NCBI GenBank assembly: GCA_963843795.1
Contig: CAWJLW010000006.1
Span: 1,364,001 to 1,428,000, forward strand
From: an uncultured bacterium
GTDB lineage: Bacteria > Armatimonadota > Abditibacteriia > Abditibacteriales > Abditibacteriaceae
DNA length: 64,000 nt
Direction: 5' to 3'
Part shown: positions 40,201-47,227 of the stretch, one piece after another
Numbering within the stretch: the stretch's first letter is position 1
Layout of the letters: every line of letters starts with the position of its first letter
The notes under the pieces: generated by a model
Database searches by the model: none
Told to the model about the DNA's origin: nothing
Seen by the model: only the letters and a program-made list of their open reading frames with translations
Made by a program: the position numbers and the translations under genes

Positions 40201-40710
40201 GGGCTGGCATGGATCGATAAAGCCACGCCTCTGATTGCGAAAGCGGTGGGCACCAATTGGAAATACGAAGGCGATTTGCCCGCTGCGGGTGATAATCGCG
40301 AAACCGATTTGCTCGATGGCGAATATGCAATGCAGGTCACAGCCATTGACAACGCGGGCAACACCAGTCGCCTCTTGATTCGCTTCGCTATTGGCAGCGC
40401 TGCGCCCGAATCTCCGGAATTGTCGGAGGTGCGTTTGTCGAGTGCGGGCGCTTCGGTAGAGCAGGGCGCTGTTGTGCTGCGTTTCACCGGCGCGTTGAAT
40501 ACAATTTCGGCGAGCGACATCATGAATTACGTGGTGACAATCATCGGCATCGAAACCGAAATCGGCGCGGCAAATTATGCGAACAACGTTGTTGTGCTGA
40601 GCGGATTGGATTTGAGCGCGGATGAGGAAATCGAATTGCGCATTCAGGGATTACACGACGCAATGGGTAAACCATTAAGCGGTGGAAACATTCGATTGAA
40701 TGCGCGCTAG
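37210..40710 (+). CDS. Large exported adhesin-like protein (1166 aa): beta-helix (GGAI/FxxN repeats), choice-of-anchor Q-like, Calx-beta, Big_9, shared C-terminal module
   Basis: Signal peptide (..SVHA-AT); NDSGDGSLRAAV; GPLADNGGPTFTH..SPAID..DQRG..DIGAVE; FAPGETSKTI..DDIVEPNETF (Calx-beta); PT-rich linker. Confidence 0.88.
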   Translation: MFMEKARGVDRAKPVGRNVSALCFAVIGAAILGAPSVHAATFTVANNNDSGDGSLRAAVTQANATAGADTIGFASSVGNPILLKSALPTLSGALIISGPGVRNLSVARDSTTQFRIFTTATDSTVTIAGLNIVGGDVSALDSEDNLVDSSLGGNILNLGTLTIRECTVFRGKASSGGGVLNNGGTLNIISSSITGNDSTADGTGAGVANAGTLNITNSSITNNDAVDDGGGIFHLTGTMTIENSTISGNECVSGGGGIITGGSDAPASQLVARISNSVISNNKSYNSAGGIDISDGSMTITNTTFSGNTAGSTDGVNRGSGGAIFNRRATLTITGSTFSANSANNGGAISNSVGALTITNSTFSGNSANSGAAIGGGDGAITIASSTITLNKSGVGAGIFGRARLSNSIVSGNDGPDVQGASTSGGYNLIGNVRDGATFTATGDRTGISDPKLGPLADNGGPTFTHLPQAGSPAIDAGDTPLTADQRGQSRPKGTRDDIGAVESGATASGSVLSIANAGAVKEGNIVSGVAKFVVTLTPAATAEVRVGYRAQNGTAIEDQDFAKIPANAQIVFAPGETSKTIEVRIVADDIVEPNETFAIQLITPQNATINPQAATGTATIVDDDTAALTLSIIPGTFSEAAGATAARGVVSRNSSTTAALTVNLSSNNTAKVTVPATVTIPAGQTSANFNLSAVDNTIVDGSKVVAIGATSTGFEAASINVTVTDNDSTTPTPTPTSIPTPNQPPVAQNQSISTKAGIPRAITLGATDANNDVLTFSLVTQPANGTLSGNGANVTYTPKAGFAGTDSFTFKANDGQADSNIATITVQVLADSPPPTNQKVQAVNDSYNLILGRGGQAQNAGVALWNDDIFRIAARGVLANDRALPGRRLSARLTRGPQNGRLQFNADGSFDYQPSSGFAGTDEFSYTLSDGQNTDTARVRLIILDRRAPQLRFDTPRDSATVSAVNAIDGRVRDRESGVKAVSVLWRREADGAFWNGLAWIDKATPLIAKAVGTNWKYEGDLPAAGDNRETDLLDGEYAMQVTAIDNAGNTSRLLIRFAIGSAAPESPELSEVRLSSAGASVEQGAVVLRFTGALNTISASDIMNYVVTIIGIETEIGAANYANNVVVLSGLDLSADEEIELRIQGLHDAMGKPLSGGNIRLNAR

Positions 40711-41074
40711 AAGACTTTCGCAAACGCGCGGCAAGTACTTGCCGACCATCTCTCTGATTTGAATTGAGGGTATCAACGCCCCGCAAGTACTTGCGGGGCG
40801 TTGATCTGGCGAGTTTCGGCTCCTGACGACAAAAACTTTGACCATACCGAATGCGACAATTCTTTGTCATGAATGGAGGTTATAATAACGCCGTGCCAGT
40901 GCTGATATGTTGGAATTGAGCTTGTAATAAATTACCTTTTTTATTTATAAATGAAAGCGCTTCTGGTTTCAAAATGGCGTTGTTGAATGCGCGCTGACAT
41001 TTGTCGGATCAAGACATGGAGTCTGTTTGAGCGAAATTTAGCCGGAAGTATAAGTTTGTGGCGGGAGATAATTC

Positions 41075-41836
41075 ATGCCGAAAAAATGTTTCGAGTCGGG
41101 TTGCAAAGGTGTCATTCGCTCCGTTGTCGCAGCGCAGGTACAAACATCGTATTTCGTTGTAGACATGGCGTTTATGGGCCTGATTTTGGGTGTTGGTGTC
41201 AACTTCGCGTTGCGCGCTCTCAATTCGCCAAAACTCGATTGGAGCTTGATAACGGTGTCCGCATCGCGCAATGTGTCATCTGAACCGGCACCGCTCCAAC
41301 TGGCGGGTTTGAAACTCAATACCCAAAATTTTACAAATGCTACGTCATAGCGCTGTACTGACACCGTTCTCAGCGACCCGCTTAACGGTGTGTTTTCGGG
41401 TTCCGGTATCACGCGAACTTACACGCCCCACAATAATTTCAGTGGTTCGGATTCGTTTGCATTTCGGGCCAAGGATGGCAACTTGAATAGCAACACCGCG
41501 ACGGTTTCGATTGCGGTCAATCCTGTGAACGATGGGCCGATTAACCGAGTTCCGGGTGCCCAAATTACGCCGACCAATGGAACGCTGGTTTTCTCCAGCG
41601 CCACTGGCAACGCCATCGGCCCCACGGATGTCGACGCGGGCAACGCCGCTGTGCAGGTCACGCTGACCGTCCACAATGGCACTCTGACTTTGAACGGCAT
41701 CAAGGTGTCCGTTTTCACTGTTGCGCTTGGCCCGACTTCGAACACCTCTCAACTGTTCGAGCTGCAAATCGTCGGTTTGCGCGATGCAGCCGGGCACCGC
41801 TTGGTTAGTGGCAGCATCCGCTTACTATCGCGCTAA
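41075..41836 (+). pseudogene. Decayed paralog of the exported proteins (Ig-like fragment fused to the extreme C-terminal motif)
   Basis: 41390-41836 encodes YTPHNNFSGSDSFAF..DG...VNDGP and ends LQIVGLRDAAGHRLVSGSIRLLSR. The upstream ORF 41075-41350 is in the same frame, separated by a stop; its membership is uncertain. Confidence 0.7.
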
Positions 41837-41844
41837 AACTTGCT

Positions 41845-41884
41845 GTTGGTTGTGCGCTGCAAGTACTTGCAGCGCACAACCAAC
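41845..41884. repeat. 40-bp perfect palindrome centred on the 12-mer
   Basis: GTTGGTTGTGCGCT-GCAAGTACTTGC-AGCGCACAACCAAC. Confidence 0.9.
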
Positions 41885-41982
41885 CTTAAAAAGGCTGGAG
41901 CACCGGCCTCGGGCTTTTTCCTTTGGTTGGAAATGCTTTTTGGCTTTTCCTTCCTTGCGAAACCACGTTACAATACATAATC

Positions 41983-43005
41983 ATGAATTCAAATCATGAC
42001 GTCGCGACAGAAAATGCACGAGACGAAAATGTGTTGAATGAAAATGTGTTGGATGAAAATCCACTGTATGCGCGTATCGTCGAATTCTGCGATCATTTGC
42101 AATTCGGCCGCAACGCGGCTTCGCATACCATTAAAAGCTACCGCAGCGATGTGGTGCAATTCGCCGATTGGTTACGCGCCGAAAACTTATTGTCGCAAAA
42201 CGATTGGGCGCAAGTGACTTACGCGATGCTCAGACGTTACCTCGGCCATCTCAGTGCGCGCGATTACGACCGTCATTCGGTCGTGCGCAAGCTTTCCAGT
42301 TTGAAATCGTTTTATAAGTGGCAGGAGAAAAGTGGCTTAGTGGAACTTAATCCCGCCGCCCAAGTACTTTCACCGCGCACCCAACGCGATTTGCCCGACG
42401 TTTTGAACTTGAGCGAAATCGAAATTCTGCTCGACTTGCCCGATCCCAAAACTCCGTTTGGCATTCGCGACCGCGCTTTGCTGGAAACTTTATATGCGAC
42501 TGGCATTCGCGTGGCCGAAGCCGCCGCTTTGCGGTTGCAAGATGTTGATTGGGAGGCCTGTCGGCGCGAAAACGGCGAAATGCGCGTGCGCGGCAAAGGC
42601 GATAAAGAACGTCTGGTTTTGCTGGGTCGTCCTGCTGGAGCCGCTTTGCTGGACTACGCTAACGGCGCGCGCGCTCTGTTAATGGCGCGACGGCGCAACG
42701 CCGAAGCAGCCGTCGTCGAGCAGTTGTGGATTAATTCTCATGGCACGGCTTTGTCTTCGCACGCAATTTATATGTTGGTCGTGCGCTATGCCAAACAGGC
42801 CGGAATCACTAAAAAAGTTACACCTCACACGCTGCGTCATTCGTTCGCCACGCATCTGCGCGATGGCGGTGCCGATTTGCGCGTCGTTCAGGAACTCCTT
42901 GGCCATAGCAGCTTATCTTCGACGCAAATTTATACGCGTGTCAGCATTGAACACCTCAAACGCGCCGTCGAAGAAGCCCATCCGCGCGCATATTATGAAG
43001 AATGA
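41983..43005 (+). CDS. xerC: Tyrosine recombinase, XerC/XerD type
   Basis: RDRALLETLYATGIRVAE, GKGDKER, HTLRHSFATHL, VQELLGHSSLSSTQIYT, HPRA; located downstream of trmFO. Confidence 0.88.
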   Translation: MNSNHDVATENARDENVLNENVLDENPLYARIVEFCDHLQFGRNAASHTIKSYRSDVVQFADWLRAENLLSQNDWAQVTYAMLRRYLGHLSARDYDRHSVVRKLSSLKSFYKWQEKSGLVELNPAAQVLSPRTQRDLPDVLNLSEIEILLDLPDPKTPFGIRDRALLETLYATGIRVAEAAALRLQDVDWEACRRENGEMRVRGKGDKERLVLLGRPAGAALLDYANGARALLMARRRNAEAAVVEQLWINSHGTALSSHAIYMLVVRYAKQAGITKKVTPHTLRHSFATHLRDGGADLRVVQELLGHSSLSSTQIYTRVSIEHLKRAVEEAHPRAYYEE

Positions 43006-43262
43006 AACGGTGTTATTTGCGTCGCCGGGTCGTCATTTGGGTCAATGAGTGTTACCGTGAAATGTGTAGAACAAGTTTTTGATGTTCTTTAATTATGGTT
43101 CGAGTCGAGACAAAGCTGGCGAAACCCGTGCATGAGTTTTAGCATCGGTAATTATGATTTATCGGGATAGACCGATACCACGATGATTTGTGATAAGACA
43201 AGACCTGTGCCGAGAATATTTTGAGATGTGCGTCGCAAAGCGTGTACGTATAGTGGCGCGCG

Positions 43263-43271
43263 TGCTATAAT
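43263..43271 (+). promoter_or_regulatory. Extended -10 promoter element
   Basis: TGcTATAAT about 230 nt upstream of the GAF-PP2C gene. Confidence 0.55.
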
Positions 43272-43493
43272 GGCGCATATCCTCTTCTGAATCCAGAGGT
43301 GCGGCAGAGAGGGGCCAAACGAGTGAGCTAACTCAAAGCGTGCAGTAACAGGGCAGTTTTTAGTCGTAGTGGAAGTGCGACTGGGAGCGAGTATTTGCGA
43401 GCGAGCGTTTGTGAATAGTTCTCAGATGCTTGCGAGATAAGTGGGATTAAGGCCTGCTGCGCATTGATGCTTTTTTGAAATAAGCGATATGGC

Positions 43494-45720
43494 TTGGTAT
43501 CGCGTGATGGTATGAATGGGTCTTCGTTTGCGGTGATAGCTGTCGGCGTAGTGAATCTGCTGTTACTTACGGCGGGTTTGCTGATGGCGTATTTCGATTG
43601 GAGTGCGGCGCGGCGACGCGAATTCCTCTACCTTTACTTCACCGAAGAACGTCCTGGCTCCAGCTTTTTCTACGCTGCCAAACGGCGTCGCGGTCAGGTT
43701 TCGCGCTTCTTGTTGGCCTTCATTCTGCTTTTGCTGGGCCGCTCGCTCAATAGTTGGCTTGGCATCGTGGTCAGCACGGGTACGATGAATAAGCATTGGA
43801 ACAACTGGTGGGAAAGTGGCTTTTCCCATCCCGACCTCGATGGCATTCTAAAATTGTTTCCGTGGATTTATTGGCTGGAAATCAGCGGATTGCTTTTATT
43901 GGCTTTTGGCGTTTTGTATCCGGCGCGTGCCGAGCGCACTGCGCGCCATGACTTGCTCAATATCGGTATTCTGGTCGTATGGACGCTGTTTTCTCTCGTG
44001 CTCATGATGGGCTTGGTCGGTGAGCGAACGGTGTTTGTGGCGCGCGATGCCGCGTTCGTCATGCGCTCGTTAATTTGCGCTCTGGCTGTTTGGGGTTTGT
44101 TGCGACGTGGCGAAGATAGCCGGGCCGAAGGTTTGCTTTCCCTTAACTCATTCTGGCTGATTTTGACCTTTGTTTTTTGGTGGTTGGGGCAAGCTTTGGC
44201 ATTGTTGTACAAAACTCCGGTGCCCGCGCCAATTTTTATCTCGTTCGCTTATCTTCCTTTATTAGTGGGCTTGGCGCGCAACGTCATGTCGCAGTATGAA
44301 GGCGTTGAAAGTTCGCGTCACCGTCTGGGACGCGAACGCGCGGTGATTTTCTCGTTTTTGCAGCGTATCGGCAACGCTTTCAGCAGCGCGGTTGAAGTTG
44401 AGCAAATTCTGGAAATTGTGCTCGATTCCAGCCTGAAAACCACCGAAGCCTCGGCGGGCGCGATTTATCTTTACCAGCGCAAAACCAGAACTCTCGAGCC
44501 GCGTCTTGGTCAACGCATTTTTCCCGCCATTGTACGTTGATACGCCTGCCGCCACTTCCGAGCATCGCACCGAAGATTTGGAAGAAGAAATGAAGCATCA
44601 ATCTTTCAATCTGGGCGAAGGTATTATCGGCGAAGTCGCCGAAAGTGGACGCGCGCAACTGGTGCAGGACGTGAGCGCAGAGGGCATCATGGTCGGCACC
44701 ACGACTGAATATATGCGCAACCGCTCGATGTTGGTTGTTCCACTACGCGTGCGCGATGAGCCGCTCGGCGTGCTCGCGGTTTTGAATAAGCAGCGCGGTT
44801 CATTCGGACGCGAAGATCAAGGTTTGCTGCAATCGCTGGCCGATCAGGGCGCGTTATCGATTCAATACGCAGTTTTAACCAACGAAGCACGCCAGCAGGA
44901 ACGTTTACGACGCGAATTGCAGATCGCGCGTGATATTCAAAAGCATCTGCTGCCCGAGAAATGTCCCGAAGTCAAAGGTTTTGAAATCGCCGGACGCGCG
45001 ACCAGCGCAACTGAAGTTGGTGGCGATTATTACGATTTCGTACAAATCGATGACGATCATCTCGGCATCGTCTTGGCCGATGTTTCGGGCAAAGGAGTTC
45101 ATGCAGCTCTGGTCGTCGCGATGATTCGTTCGGCGTTTCGCACACAAGCGCGCACCACGACCGATGTGCGGCAGGTGTTGGGCGGAGTCAACGATTTCAT
45201 CACCGAAGATTTGCCAGAAAACATGTTTATTACTTGCGTTTATGGCGTGTTGGAAATTTCGACGCGCACTTTCACATGGGCGCGCGCTGGCCACGAGCCG
45301 CTAATTTTAGCGCATCCCAGTGCGCCGTGTGAATTGATGTCACCCGATGGTTTCGCCCTGGGCGTCATAGAAGGCGCCGATTTCCGCGATCTGCTCGAAG
45401 TGCAAACCATTCAGCTGCATTCTGGCGACCGTATTTTAATGTTCTCCGATGGCCTGACCGAAGCGATGAACAGCGAGGGCGAAGAGTTCGGCATGGAGCG
45501 TATTCTGGAAATTCTCGAGCCGCACGAAGGCCACAATGGATACCACGTCACTAATCAATCGGTTCGTGACGCATTCGCAACCGAAACTTCTGTTTGCGCC
45601 CCTGATTTAGCGCCGGATTCGCCTGATGACTTGATAGAATTGGAAGATGCCGTCGCTACTCACGTCGGTGACGCTGAACAAAGTGATGATTTAACTATGG
45701 TTTATCTGGCTGCCATCTAA
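43494..45720 (+). CDS. Multi-TM + GAF + SpoIIE/PP2C phosphatase (RsbU-like), split by a +1 frameshift near 44506
   Basis: ORF 43494-44540 (TM helices, start of GAF) continues in ORF 44506-45720 (GEGIIGEVA, EVGGDYYD, ADVSGKG, AGHEP, SDGLTEA, DDLT); removing one base joins them. Confidence 0.85.
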
Positions 45721-45730
45721 ATCGTGTCAT

Positions 45731-45778
45731 AGACTCAAAGAGCGCGCTGCAAGTACTTGCAGCGCGCTCTTTGAGTCT
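45731..45778. repeat. 48-bp perfect palindrome centred on the 12-mer, between convergent genes
   Basis: AGACTCAAAGAGCGCGCT-GCAAGTACTTGC-AGCGCGCTCTTTGAGTCT. Confidence 0.92.
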
Positions 45779-45786
45779 GAAATGGC

Positions 45787-47170
45787 TTACCTTTTCTGCG
45801 CCGCCAAAAATTCTTTTGCCACGCTTTTAAACCGGTCGCGCCCTTCATCCAAATCAATTATCGGCTTTGCATAGTCTGGCGGCGGCGTTTCCATCAAGTG
45901 TGGGCAATGCACCCATTCATCCGGCACATCGCGCAATTCGGGAATCCAGCGTCGCAAGTACTTGCCCTGAGGGTCGCGCTTCTGTGCCTGCGAAACCGGA
46001 TTGAAGATGCGAAAATAGGGCGCGGCGTCGACGCCACTTCCGGCAATCCACTGCCAATTCCCAACGTTTTGCGCGCGGTCGCCGCACAATAGCAATCCGC
46101 GAAACATCTCCTCGCCGTCGCGCCAATCGATCAACAAATGTTTGCACAGAAAAGAAGCCGCCGCCATGCGCACGTTATTATGCATAAAACCGGTCGCTTG
46201 TAATTCGCGCATTCCCGCATCGACGTATGGATAGCCAGTTTGCCCGTGCGCCCACAAATCCAGCTGCTTTTGGTCATGGCGCCATGGAAAACCGCGCCAA
46301 TTTTCGCGCGCTTCGTTGTGCGCACTTTCCGGTACGCGATCCATCACATCGGCGAAAAAATCCCACCATGTTAGCTCAAATTTCCATTTGTAGGTCGAAG
46401 CGTGCTGCATCGCCAATCGCGGTGACAAAACCCCAATGTTGAAGTAATACGATAGTTTGGAAGTCGCATCTTCGCGAGCCGGTTCGTTGCGCGTTTTCTG
46501 ATATTCATCTTCGGCGTTTTCGATAAACCAATCCAAACGTGCCCTCGCCGCTTTTTCGCCCGCTTCGGGCAAGGCAATTCCGGCATCGACGTGACGAATT
46601 TCGCCGACTTTAAGTGCATCGTGGCGCGGTAGCGCGGGCATCTTGCGCGGTGTCGGTGCCAATTCGGGAACATCGAGCGTTTGCCATTTCTTGCGATACG
46701 GCGCGAACACGCTGTAACGATTGCCTTCGTTCGTCGTAATCGCGCCCGGCTCGTGCGTATATTGACCGCCGTAAGTGCAAACTTCCACACCCAATTCTTC
46801 CAGCGCGGTCGTCGCCGCTGCATCCCGTTTTTTGCCATATGGCGTATAGTTGCGAATGAAATGCGCGCTTTGAATTGCGTATTTGGAATCTTTCAAGTCG
46901 CGCGCTAATGTGGCAAGTACTCTGCACCGGCTCACCTTCACGCACAATGAGAGTTGCGCCCAATTTGCGATACGATTCACGCAATTGCCTCACATTTTCC
47001 AAAAACCACGCCTGCCGTCGCGGCGTGAGATCGGGCCGCTCAAAAATTTTCGGGTCAATAATCACCAGCGGCACAACCGCCTGGTCGTTGTGTCGTGCGC
47101 GTTCGAGCGCGGCGGCGAGTGCGGGATTGTCGTGAGTGCGGAGATCGTTACGATGCCAGATGAGTTGCAT
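45787..47170 (-). CDS. phrB: Deoxyribodipyrimidine photolyase (class I CPD-like), frameshifted at about 46922
   Basis: N-part WHRNDLRTHDNPAL; C-part TSKLS, TGYPYVDAGMREL, MHNNVRM, NVGNWQW, RIFNP; deleting one base gives a 460-aa ORF. Confidence 0.9.
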
Positions 47171-47227
47171 GCAATGCGCATTGGCAAAGATTGCGCCGAA
47201 GTAATTCGGGCAAGTACTTGCAGCGCT

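Noticed and set aside
42020..42060. 15-bp tandem repeat (ENVL units) at the xerC 5' end
   Set aside because: In-frame short duplication in a variable N-terminal tail; no sign of phase variation
40772..43005. Integron (tyrosine recombinase plus AAC...GTT-bounded hairpins as attC sites)
   Set aside because: The recombinase looks like chromosomal XerC with no evident IntI-specific insertion. The hairpins are 30-48 bp, perfectly symmetric without extrahelical bases, and also flank housekeeping genes.
29738..43005. Shufflon or invertible cassette system driven by the adjacent recombinase
   Set aside because: All four units are in the same orientation, the fragments carry the constant and not a variable part, and they are visibly decayed
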